23,711 nucleotides of DNA from Ginkgo biloba. Taxonomy: Eukaryota; Plantae; Ginkgophyta. The notes beneath the pieces were generated by a model that worked only from the letters and a program-made list of their open reading frames with translations, did no database searches and was not told the DNA's origin. Location: the NCBI GenBank assembly GCA_024626585.2, contig JANKJI020000002.1, forward strand, positions 227,481,944 through 227,505,654. Reading direction: 5' to 3'. The translations under genes were made by a program, and so were the position numbers. Positions 11,640-22,023 of the stretch are shown one piece after another. How positions within the stretch are numbered: position 1 is the first letter of the stretch; each line of letters begins with the position of its first letter.

Positions 11640-11945
11640 CTAATCAAATCACTAGAACTTTAAAGTAATAATTTTGTTAGACGAGGAAACTGACGCATGT
11701 TGGAGATGATCTAGACTGACACCGATAGGAATTGGTTCACCGACNNNNNNNNNNNNNNNNNNNNNNNNNNNNNNNNNNNNNNNNNNNNNNNNNNNNNNNN
11801 NNNNNNNNNNNNNNNNNNNNNNNNNNNNNNNNNNNNNNNNNNNNAACAAGGGTATTCAAAAGATCTGGATCCTTTGAAGTAATAGCTACTTTTGGCACTC
11901 TCCTCTTTCCCTTATACTTCCTTTGATGTAGTGCTTGTTGTTCCT

Positions 11946-12633
11946 TCTTTGGACATAGTTTATAATAACTAGCTTCATTATGGCCTTACTGGTCACAGTG
12001 CCCACACTTCTTAGACCTATTAAAATTTGTATTCTTCTTCCATTAATTGGAAGAATAATATGGTGGAGTGGTGTTGGACTTATTCTTGGCCTAACTATGG
12101 AATCATTATGAATCCTTCCTTCTAACTTCAATCTTCGAAGAAAATTGATATTTTTCCTAATGGGTATGAAATGTTAACAATTCCACCTCATGCCTCAAGT
12201 GACTATGAAGCTAAATTATAAATTTGGGTACCATCTTGTTTATTGGCTATTTAATATCTAACTAAATAGACAAGTTATAGTACTACTCATAGTAATATTA
12301 TAAACTCTTCCCTACATTATATTGAATACGATGCCATTTGAGAAAGAGTTTATCCTCATATATAAGATGATCATTTTTTTTTCTCAATTCCTTCTTGAAT
12401 TCCATCCAAGAAGAAATATGTTCTTTACCTACTTGCTCTTGAGACCTACCAAAAGAATCCCACCATAGAAGATCCTTTCTTCTTATATTCAATCTATAAA
12501 ACATGTTCTTCTGATCATTTATGTATTCTTAATAGAATAAATACACCTTGAGTTCCTAAGAGTAAGTTTCCAAGGAATTGACATTCATCTTTCCATCAAA
12601 TACCTTAATCTCTACTCTTGACTCAACTGGAAA
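11946..12633 (-). pseudogene. gag: Retrotransposon Gag (Retrotrans_gag-type domain plus CCHC zinc knuckle), pseudogenised
   Basis: Translates as FPVESRVEIKVFDGKMNVNSLETYS*ELKVY...RKDLLWWDSF...ISSWMEFKKELRKK...YEDKLFLKWHRIQYNVGKSL. A decayed knuckle, KKCGHCDQ*GHNEASYYKLCP, lies at about 12012-11950. Confidence 0.9.
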
Positions 12634-13149
12634 TGGATTATGTTCAATAGCTAGTTATGTTGGTGGACTTGTGGTAGGAGAAAAAATATGCTAGGGTGTA
12701 CTATGAATTGAAGGTAAAGGAGGACCTATAGAAGTATTTACTAGAGGAGGTAGAACCACTAAATAATATGAATTACTTAAAGTTTTCAACTGAGTCTACA
12801 TCTTATACATGAGAGAAAGTAATCCTCCTCTCACCTCATGACTATCCTTTGTGGATTTTTGGCTCTCCTTCTACTCCTATCTCATTCTTCAAAAATAATT
12901 TTTTATCTCAACAATTGATATTCAAGAATTCCCTTTGGAAAATCCTCTAAATTGATCATCTAATCCATATCCATCTCCTCTTATTTTTTCTAGATAATTA
13001 AGGGATTATTATATGGTGGAATCTCCTCTATGTTTCCTTCTCACATTCCTTCATCTCCATCTATGCCTATTCCTATAATCCTAGAAAAGAGTTTGTAATC
13101 AAAAGAAGAAAAATGAAATTGATTTTCTCATCTAACTTAAGGTATCCAT

Positions 13150-13161
13150 GCTCTCATACCA
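13150..13161 (-). promoter_or_regulatory. Primer-binding site complementary to tRNA-iMet
   Basis: The minus strand reads CA TT TGGTATGAGAGC, an 11/12 match to TGGTATCAGAGC, 2 nt after a CA LTR end and upstream of gag. Confidence 0.85.
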
Positions 13162-13777
13162 AATGATATAGCTAATGGTAAAATACTGAAGGATTTCTTT
13201 CAATATGTGAAAGTAATGATCGATATCAATGGGGTAAATTATCACTTCACTCCTATTTATTCTTTTAATTCCTACTATAAAAAAAATTGTGTGTGAATAG
13301 TATGCCTCTATCCCTATTTATAAATAAAACCTTGATAAAAATTAACACTATATGGATTTGAGAAAAAGGCACGATGCTTCCTACAAATTCCATGGGTTTT
13401 CCTGAGTGCACTATGATTTATTCTAAATAATCATTGTAGTATTTTCTAAAGTATATAACTCATGCCTAAATATTCTCTACATGTGTTTATTTTTCATGTT
13501 ACTTGATAATATAACCCATCAACACTTGAGAAGATTCAAAACACCTATATGGGACCCTATAATAAGAGTCAATGCTTAAAAATATTCACACAAGTGGAAT
13601 AATAATATAATTCATAAAATAAATCTATGAAATATCTTAAGAACATAAGATATTAGAGAAAGAAGAANNNNNNNNNNNNNNNNNNNNNNNNNNNNNNNNN
13701 NNNNNNNNNNNNNNNNNNNNNNNNNNNNNNNNNNNNNNNNNNNNNNNNNNNNNNNNNNNNNNNNNNNTCAATTTTAT

Positions 13778-14332
13778 TTTGAAAAATGGGGAATTAATTG
13801 TGTAGGTCCTATTTAACCACCCATTAAAAGGACCCAAGTAATATACATTATTCTAGCCATAGATTATGTGATCAAATGGGTTGAAGAATAATTTATAAGG
13901 GATAATAGTGCTAGTAAAACTATAAAATGCCTATATGAATTTATGTTAGTAAGGTTTGGATGTCCAATTAAGTTCATAAGTGNNNNNNNNNNNNNNNNNN
14001 NNNNNNNNAACAAGTTTGACTCTTGAATTCACGATTAATCTTTGAAAGAGTACTCCTAATTATCCAAGATGTAATTGTTTGGAAAACTCTTTAAATAATA
14101 TTATATGCAATGTATTAAAAAAATATGTAAGGTAGGAATAGAGGATTGGGTAGATAAGTTGCATGTTATTTTGGGGGCATTCAAAACCACATATAAATAA
14201 GCAATCGCTTAGACACCATTCTAGTTATTTTATGGTCAGGAATCTATTTTTCTAATAGGATTTTAAGTGCCAAGATTGAGAATAGCAGTTCAAACCAAAT
14301 GGTATGAGGAATTAAATGAATTGGATGAAAAG
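13778..14332 (+). mobile_element. Ty3/gypsy integrase core (rve) fragment, non-chromovirus type, pseudogenised
   Basis: Translates as FEKWGINCVGPI*PP...IILAIDYVIKWVE...LYEFMLVRFGCPIKFIS; *KSTPNYPRCN; DWVDKLHVILGAFKTTYK...TPF*LFYGQE...VPRLRIA. These are the standard integrase motifs (WGIDFVGP, DY.TKWVEA, RFG.P...SD, STPYYP..NG, W...L...LWAYRT, TPF.L.YG) with stops and a frameshift. Confidence 0.95.
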
Positions 14333-14422
14333 AAAGTAATGGATGAAGCCAAAAATAAAATGGATATAAGCATTATATAATGGATGCTTATTAGCATGAT
14401 TATTCCTAATGAATTATATCAT

Positions 14423-14650
14423 GGTATAAGCATGCTAATTTGACACATTTTAGGAAAAATGGATGAAGTCAAAAACAAAATTTAGGAATGAAAGTTCTGG
14501 CACACATATTATTCAATCGAACAACTAACTACCAAGAAATTTAAATTTCAAATAAAAAGGATATACAAATGCCCATTTTTTTCCAAATTTGAATTAGTAA
14601 AGATATTGCTTGATCCCACTATTTGTTCGATCGAACAAACTCTACACTTT
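14423..14650 (+). repeat. DNA-transposon-terminus-like repeat, inverted relative to 19150-19378
   Basis: It shares ordered anchors (GCATGCTAAT, TTTTAGG, GCACACA, TTATTC.AT.GAA) with the reverse complement of 19150-19378 and contains TTTGTTCGATCGAACAAA. Confidence 0.55.
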
Positions 14651-16325
14651 TATCCAGCCACGAATTCTCTCCCGCGATGCATTTTTCACTCAGCGACGAT
14701 GGATTTGAGGAACCCAAAGGCCAAATTTTGATCCCACTTTGCTTCTGACGTCATCCACCTTTGTTTTAGAGTTTTTCACGTGCAAAAAGAGGTAAGCTCA
14801 CTATAAAAATTATTGAAATTTAATTTTTTTTATTTTTATTTTTNNNNNNNNNNNNNNNNNNNNNNNNNNNNNNNNNNNNNNNNNNNNNNNNNNNNNNNNN
14901 NNNNNNNNNNNNNNNNNNNNNNNNNNNNNNNNNNNNNNNNNNNAATCTAAGGTATCTATAATCTCAATGGTTGGAGGGGATTTTGAGGTTCCTGGTTCTA
15001 TTGAAACTTTTTACTATAATTTACAGGAAACATGCACTACCAAATTAATCGAATCTTTATCTTCAAACACTCACCAAAAATCTATAACTTGAATCGCTAC
15101 CTTAATCTAATACTATCCTAAAAAATAATGGTTATCATAATAAATCTATTAGTTTTCATACAATTTTCTAGAGAATAACATGGAACCTATAATAGACTTG
15201 AGGTTATATAACAGATTAAAAATTAATCAGAATATTCTAAATGTTATTGAGGTTTTAGGTTCCTTTCTTATGAGTCATTTGTATTCATAAAAGATGGTCC
15301 ACATATGAGGAAATATTTATTTCCTAAAATATATTTCAATTAATACACTAAATCATACCTCATAGATNNNNNNNNNNNNNNNNNNNNNNNNNNNNNNNNN
15401 NNNNNNNNNNNNNNNNNNNNNNNNNNNNNNNNNNNNNNNNNNNNNNNNNNNNNNNNNNNNNNNNNNNNNNNNNNNNNNNNGTTATTCCATTTAAAAATTT
15501 ATTACCAATAAACATAGAACAATATTAAATCCAATGATGCCACATCTTAGGATGATATAATATCCTTTAGTTATTTTATAGAGCTTTGATCAATCTTATT
15601 TCCATCCCCCATATTTCTTCGACCTTGGTTCTTATAGAACTCCAAGTGCAAACTTCACTTTTAGTGAGAGTGGATGTTAGTGACTCCCTAAAGAGGTTTC
15701 ATTTATCATTCGAATCNNNNNNNNNNNNNNNNNNNNNNNNNNNNNNNNNNNCTCCTAAATTTTGAATTTTTGAACACATGGATTTATCACCAACTTTATT
15801 GATATTTCATTTATTCCTTTTTGGATATGCCATCTTCATAATGGAATGAAATTTATATACCATTTTGATTTGGGGATTATTAAGACCTTTTCAAAATAAC
15901 ATTAAATGTCCACCTTCATGCATTCAAGATTCTCTAAAAATATGAACTCTGCATGTAAGAATTTTATAAGTATAAAACATGTTTGGGACTCTATGTTTCT
16001 TTCTTATTTCTCTTCCCTNNNNNNNNNNNNNNNNNNNNNNNNNNNNNNNNNNNNNNNNNNNNNNNNNNNNNNNNNNNNNNNNNNNNNNNNNNNNNNNNNN
16101 NNNNNNNNNNNNNNNNNNAGATTTAAAATCATCCCAAGAGCTCAAAAAATGACCTTATGGATCAAAATTCACAATGGGATCCAAGAGTGCCCAAAAAACT
16201 ATTGAAATTTCCTATTCTTCAGGAAGGGATGAAAGTTCTTAGAAAGATTTTTTATTCTATAAAGGAATAACCTGTAATGGAAAATTACTATGGTAGGATG
16301 GATATAATGGTAAGGAAAAATTATG

Positions 16326-16344
16326 GAGAGAGAGAGAGAGAGAG
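16326..16344. repeat. (GA)9 microsatellite
   Basis: Read directly from the sequence. Confidence 0.95.
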
Positions 16345-16894
16345 TTATTACATTATCTTTAGCATTATATCGACTTGAGAAGACACAAAAAAAATATGTT
16401 ACCATTTATTATAAAAGAAGNNNNNNNNNNNNNNNNNNNNNNNNNNNNNNNNNATAAAATATTTTATGAAATGGCACCACAAGGGTATGGAAAAGTCCCA
16501 TCCTTAGGGAATAATATGTAAATAAAAATGGAACATTATAGTAGATAGATATATGTATTAATATTTATAATAAAATCTCATTGATATGCATCATTAAGAA
16601 GAAAAATAAAAATAATAGACAAATAAAAAAAGTTGAAAAAAAGATTTTACATCATTGATCTACTTGTATAATACTAAATAGATCATGATCTAACTTGAAG
16701 TCTTTAAAGTTTAAAGTAGTTGATAAACTGTAAAAGTTAGTGTATTTCCAACACTTAGTCAAATTTTGAGTTTGTTAGTGTCATTCATCTGTGTCGTTTG
16801 TCGGTGTTGATTGTTAGTGTCACTCATTGGTTTTTCTCATTAATGACCAATACATTAACAACTAATAAGATAAAAGTTGACAAACGAATACTTG

Positions 16895-17027
16895 ACAAGG
16901 TAAAAATTATCAAATTGAAAAGGTAAAAACTAACAGACCAACAAGGTAAAAATTGATAGACCAACAAGGTGAAAAGCGATAGAAGAAAATTGATAGACTA
17001 ACAAGATGAAAAATGATAAATTGATAG
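16895..17027. repeat. Degenerate ~23-bp tandem repeat, about 5 units
   Basis: Successive units ACAAGGTAAAAATTATCAAATTG, AAAAGGTAAAAACTAACAGACCA, ACAAGGTAAAAATTGATAGACCA, ACAAGGTGAAAAGCGATAGA and ACAAGATGAAAAATGATAAATTG. Confidence 0.85.
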
Positions 17028-17331
17028 AGGGACTCTAACATAGCCTAATTGATAGTCTAATAGATGTTCATTTACATGATAGTTTAACTACCTATGAAGA
17101 TATAAAAAGTGAAAGACAAGATGAAAAAAGGATAGACAAAGACAAACATATAACAAATAGATAAAAGTCATAGATAGAGAGTAATAGAGAACACATCCAT
17201 AGAGAAGGGAGAGTAAAACCTCTGTACAAATNNNNNNNNNNNNNNNNNNNNNNNNNNNNNNNNNNNNNNNNNNNNNNNNNNNNNNNNNNNNNNNNNNNNN
17301 NNNNNNNNNNNNNNNNNNNNNNNNNNNNNNN

Positions 17332-17990
17332 TTTTTAATGTATAATATTAGCACACATAATGATGGTAATATATATATTCATAATTAATATTAATATATA
17401 ATAAATGTGTATCTATATTAACTCATTTTTGTATGGAAAAAATCCTTATTAAAATTATTATATCCATATTATAATATTAATATATTATTTTATATATGCA
17501 TATGCATATTAATGTGTTAATTATAACGTGTCTTCTCAATTAATGTCTTATATGTGTATTAGTACCCATTGAAATATAACATATGTCTATGCATATTAAT
17601 ACAAATATACTAATATTTCTATTTGTATGAAGACATATAGACTTATAATTATATGTCTAAATCTATGTGTATAAAAATGGTTATGATTAATAGTATGTAT
17701 GCATCTAAACTAATACATAAATATATATCAACTAGTAACTATATTACTAAATACATATAAGTTTATTACTACATATATAGACCAATATGTGTATTAATAT
17801 TTACTAATATATATACCAATACACACATAGAACATATATGCATATATACATATAGATTAATATGTGTGTGTATGCACGTAATCACACACAAAAATACATT
17901 TATCATATAATTATATATAGCGATGTTACTACTTAGCATATAAATATCTATATTTATTAACATATATGTATGTTTGTAATGATTTTTGTG
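17332..17990. repeat. Low-complexity TA/TG/CA-rich tract
   Basis: Degenerate ATAT, ATGT and ACAT runs throughout. Confidence 0.7.
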
Positions 17991-18589
17991 TATTTACATC
18001 CAAGTGTAGGCATATATTATGGTTTTAAATATCATATATAGTAGGGTTTAACTACATTGAAATGATTCCTAGTATTTGATATTCTATTTTCATTCTCTTG
18101 TATATTTTATCTTATGCTACAAATAATTGGACTTCATCCTTGTATCAATCTATTGGTTTTGAGGTTTATATGCATTATAACAGGTAAATATCTTAAGTTC
18201 TAATTCATCACCAAAAGAATCATCTAATGAAAGTGAGTATCCAACCCATCCTCCTATTCTAGATAGTAGGTAATGGCTTAGGGATAAAGTGACATGTTTG
18301 TGATTCAAATGTAGGGTAAGAAATAACAACCACTACACTAAATGGAAAATCATATTGAAATAGATGATTGTATTCCCAAGCATAATGTTGTAATAATTTT
18401 TTATTATGTAAACTTAATCACACTATTGATATTTAGAAGTTATTTTTATCCATGAATTATTTCATTATAATTGAAGGAATCATAAAAATTTGAACAATTA
18501 CTTTATAGATATGGAAAACGTATTTGAACTCTTTCTAATGTTTCTTTATTAGGGCATGACTATAATATATATCACCCACCAACTATTAT

Positions 18590-18607
18590 ATCATCATCAT
18601 CATCATC
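18590..18607. repeat. (ATC)6 microsatellite
   Basis: Read directly from the sequence. Confidence 0.9.
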
Positions 18608-18823
18608 TAGCAATCATACTACTATATGTTATAATATTAGAGAAAACTCTTATACACTCATAGAAATATTTATTACATCAAATGGATCTTGTGAGTACAT
18701 AAAAGAGATATCAAGAGATAAAANNNNNNNNNNNNNNNNNNNNNNNNNNNNNNNNNNNNNNNNNNNNNNNNNNNNNNNNNNNNNNNNNNNNNNNNNNNNN
18801 NNNNNNNNNNNNNNNNNNNNNNN

Positions 18824-19378
18824 GTCGAGTAACATAGGTTGTTCAACCAAATAAATTATTCGATCGAATAATTTTTGGGCTTTTTGTTTGCACCTCTTTC
18901 ACATCTATCACCTTTTTTTATTCCTACAATTATTCCAACAAATAATTATTTGGTCGAACAATTATGTTAATTTTTCCTCCAACTTCTACCATATCATGAA
19001 AGTGTGTGTATATCAGTATATTATCATGTCTTAGCATTCTTGTAGAGAACACACTAATATGGTATTATAGTGCACTCTTAGAGTATGTAAAAATATGGTA
19101 TTTATGACTGAGCATGCATTTTCACAGTATGTGTTTGTGGGGTGAGGTAGAGAACTTGTTTCACCAAATAATTATTTGGTCAAACAATCAATGCCCTAGT
19201 TTGAATTTTCAATTCTTCGTGCACCTGGGTTTTAAAATTTTAATTTTAATTTGTTTGGAAAATAATTATTCAATGGAATAAATTGTGTGCTCGAATAATT
19301 ATTTGATCAAATAATTTTGGGCCTTAATTTTTCATGTCATTTCACCTAAAACGTATTACCATTAGCATGCATTAACCC
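18824..19378 (-). repeat. Array of palindromic TTATTCGATCGAATAA-type motifs, transposon subterminal-like
   Basis: AATTATTCGATCGAATAATT at about 18854, with decayed copies AATTATTTGGTCGAACAATT (about 18943), AATTATTTGGTCAAACAAT (about 19170), AATTATTCAATGGAATAAATT (about 19264) and AATTATTTGATCAAATAATT (about 19297). Confidence 0.75.
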
Positions 19379-19505
19379 TTATTGTAAATAAATTTATAAA
19401 TATCAACTATAATATCAAAACAAAAATGTTCTCCTTATATTATGTGACATGTAAAAGTATTTTCCTACTAGTTTTTTTTATGAACAAGATTATTATATTG
19501 TGCAG

Positions 19506-20119
19506 ATAATACATGAAATTGAATTATATGGACCTTTTCATATTAGGCCAATATGAATATCTCTACCAGAGTGTTGAATGGTAGAGAGGTACATGGTATT
19601 TTAATCCATTGTTCAACTGACCAATTACTAGCTTGAATTATATGTTGATGCTCCACATTTATGGAATAATGACAAGGGTGAGATATTTAAAGGGGACGTA
19701 TTACAAGGTGTAAGAGGAATCAAAAGAGTTTGTGTTAATTTACTATAAAGTAAAATTAGCATTACTTGTGTGAAATATTATATGTTATTAATAAATATGA
19801 ATGCTTCTTCTTGCCATAATTTATATATATATATAAATCTTATAAATGTGGATGTCAAAGAATATGAATCCCTACAACTTTATGTTGTATAAAACTCTAT
19901 ATATATAGAACCATGGTTGTATATATATGAGATATAACAACATGAAGCTAATGTGGATGATTATTGGAGATCAGATAGGAGGGCCAACTCTAATATGCAT
20001 GTGATTCCATGATTTACACATTAAAAAAATGGCCAATAGCATGGCCTTGGGAGTGGACGAAATAAAGTATCCATTAGGCATATGAATACTAAGAGTGTAA
20101 GGCCTATGGAAGTTATTTT
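19506..20119 (+). mobile_element. CACTA (En/Spm) TnpD/Tnp2 transposase remnant, DUF4218 region onward
   Basis: After a TTGTGCAG acceptor it reads IIHEIELYGPFHIRPI*...MVERYM (compare E..L.GPV..RWMY..ERYM), then APHLWNNDKGEIFKGDVLQG, LQLYVV*NSIYIEPWLYIYE (19872 onward; compare H.YVL.N...PW) and AYEY*ECKAYGSYF (compare Y....AYG.HF). The motifs occur in the expected order. Confidence 0.75.
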
Positions 20120-21366
20120 ATAACCTCTTAATGGGTATTAAAAGTGAGAGTAGAACACAAAATTATATATGGGAGAAAAAATCCAATGGAAGAGAGACTA
20201 TTCGAAGCAATCACAAGTGTAGGATTACTCAAATATGATGCAAAGATGGAAAAGATTACCTCTGTGGACATAGAGGCTAGGTAGTGTTTTAATAGTTTTT
20301 AAGGAATATATATTCCAACAGACTATAAATATGAGAGATCCAAAGTAATACGGGTGTGTATGTGCCAAGTGTATTTGTTTGTTCTTTTTATATATTACTA
20401 TACAAATGTAGAACAAGTAAGAAATATNNNNNNNNNNNNNNNNNNNNNNNNNNNNNNNNNNNNNNNNNNNNNNNNNNNNNNNNNNNNNNNNNNNNNNNNN
20501 NNNNNNNNNNNNNNNNNNNNNNNNNNNNNNNNNNNNNNNNNNNNNNNNNNNNNNNNNNTTTAATTTTTAACACTCTATTCATGTAAGTCATCATAATACT
20601 CCTCCAAATCAAGTCATTTATACATAGTTAAGTATTCATGAACTTCTTATTTTTTCACTAGAATTCCAACCTCCTTATGGGCCTAGATTTGTCCTACATT
20701 TATAGCCTATTATGGATAATATATAGGCCTTAATAATATTGAATAATTAATAATACCTATCCATTCTCTAGAGTATATGAGGGGTAATACCTCCTATACG
20801 ATGAGAAGCAAGACCTATCTATAACCAAGTGGAAATGGNNNNNNNNNNNNNNNNNNNNNNNNNNNNNNNNNNNNNNNNNNNNNNNNNNNNNNNNNNNNNN
20901 NNNNNNNNNNNNNNNNNNNNNNNNNNNNNNNNNNNNNNGTGCATTATTAGGATAATAATATGGTTTGAGGATTTACTAAAAAGATATATTAACATTATTA
21001 GGGATTCTAACTACCAAAAATAAAATATATATGAGAAAATATCCATTGGATTTACAATAGTGTGTCAAGTAGGCATGGTGTGTTCACATACTAGTGCAAA
21101 TACTGAATAAGGATCATTAAGTAGAGTGGCATAAGAAGTGAGTTTATACAAATAAGAATAATTAGGTATTATATATGTTTCACTTTGGATAGTAAGTCAT
21201 TATAAAAAAAGTAACACTAGATTTATAAAATCGTTTAAATCTTATATCCTATTGGTAAGAACCAATCTTATAATTAGTGTGTTATTGTCTTGGAGTAGTT
21301 ATGTTAACATCCATAAGACAATAAAAATATGTGATTAATTTATAAGTAAGGAATATCTTCCAATCT

Positions 21367-21522
21367 GAAATGAGGCTTCCCTTTAAAAAAGGGATACTTT
21401 CCTATGAAGGAGTCTCTCCATTATGAAATGAAGAATTTCCATTATAAAATGTGGCTTCCCCTTAAGAAATATGGATTTCCCTTGAGAAAGAGATATTCCC
21501 CTTAAAAAAGGAGGAATCCTAC
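21367..21522. repeat. Degenerate ~19-21-bp minisatellite, about 8 units
   Basis: Units include GAAATGAGGCTTCCCTTTA, GAAATGAAGAATTTCCATTAT, AAAATGTGGCTTCCCCTTA, AGAAATATGGATTTCCCTTG and AGAAAGAGATATTCCCCTTA. Confidence 0.8.
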
Positions 21523-21749
21523 AAAGGATATTTTTGTTAATAAGAAAGAATATTTAAAAGTGGATACAATATACATGAAGAAATTAATGCAATAGATGTG
21601 GATAACTCTTTAGACTTATAATGACTATGATTCTCAAAGCTTAACATTTTGCGGGACCAAATCCAACTGGGTCATTTTCTAGGGTCTTTCACACCTGAAG
21701 CATGTGCTATGGACCTACTTTTATGGGTGGGATTTTCTTCTTGCTGCAG

Positions 21750-21848
21750 GCTTCAGACATTCAGAGATTTGAGAGTACCATACTTTATCAGAAACTTTGG
21801 CAGTTGGTCAGGGAAAACAAGTCGAATACAAGTGCCGTTGAAAGTTGA
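21750..21848 (+). CDS. Candidate terminal coding exon of an unidentified host gene
   Basis: A strong 3' splice acceptor, TTTTCTTCTTGCTGCAG|G, is followed by the stop-free frame ASDIQRFESTILYQKLWQLVRENKSNTSAVES*. GC is higher and CG/CHG sites are retained, and a T-rich UTR-like tract follows. Phase 0 is assumed; another frame is also open. Confidence 0.45.
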   Translation, partial: ASDIQRFESTILYQKLWQLVRENKSNTSAVES

Positions 21849-22023
21849 GTATTTAAGAGAAGTTCCACTCAGTTCTTTTTTATGTTTTCTTTTTATATTT
21901 GGTTTTGAAAAGAAAAGAAAGTGGGGGAAGAAATAGGAAAGGGAAGGGTTTTTTTCCTTTTTTATTATTTTGTTTTGATCTCCCTATGCCTTTGGGAGGT
22001 TTTGATTAGAAGAAGGNNNNNNA

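Larger units (their letters stand above)
11845..13660 (-). mobile_element. 5' portion of a decayed Ty3/gypsy LTR retrotransposon (LTR, PBS, gag)
   Basis: Order on the minus strand: LTR-like sequence with TATAAATAGGG (about 13312-13322) ending ...ATATCA at 13164, then a PBS, a purine-rich leader, gag and a zinc knuckle. Both ends run towards gaps, and the outer LTR edge is not determined. Confidence 0.85.

Noticed and set aside
11845-14332. gag (-) and integrase (+) as parts of one element
   Set aside because: They are on opposite strands with the LTR/PBS between them, so they are separate insertions unless a contig is mis-oriented at the gap.
18120-18400. Possible Helitron Pif1 helicase trace (FEVY...LLF*IVGNG)
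   Set aside because: It needs several frameshifts and shows no Walker or other core helicase motif.
14799-19072. CACTATAA...TTATAGTG as CACTA termini
   Set aside because: Only 8 bp match, the flanks GCT and CAC do not form a TSD, and the palindromic repeats lie largely outside.
860-21023. Track ORFs containing long X runs or lying in microsatellite/low-complexity DNA
   Set aside because: They are artefacts of N gaps and simple repeats.
16895-21522. Short repeat arrays (16895-17027, 18824-19378, 21367-21522) as CRISPR-like arrays
   Set aside because: The units are degenerate and either abutting or irregularly spaced, with no constant-length unique spacers, no cas genes, and a eukaryotic transposon context.
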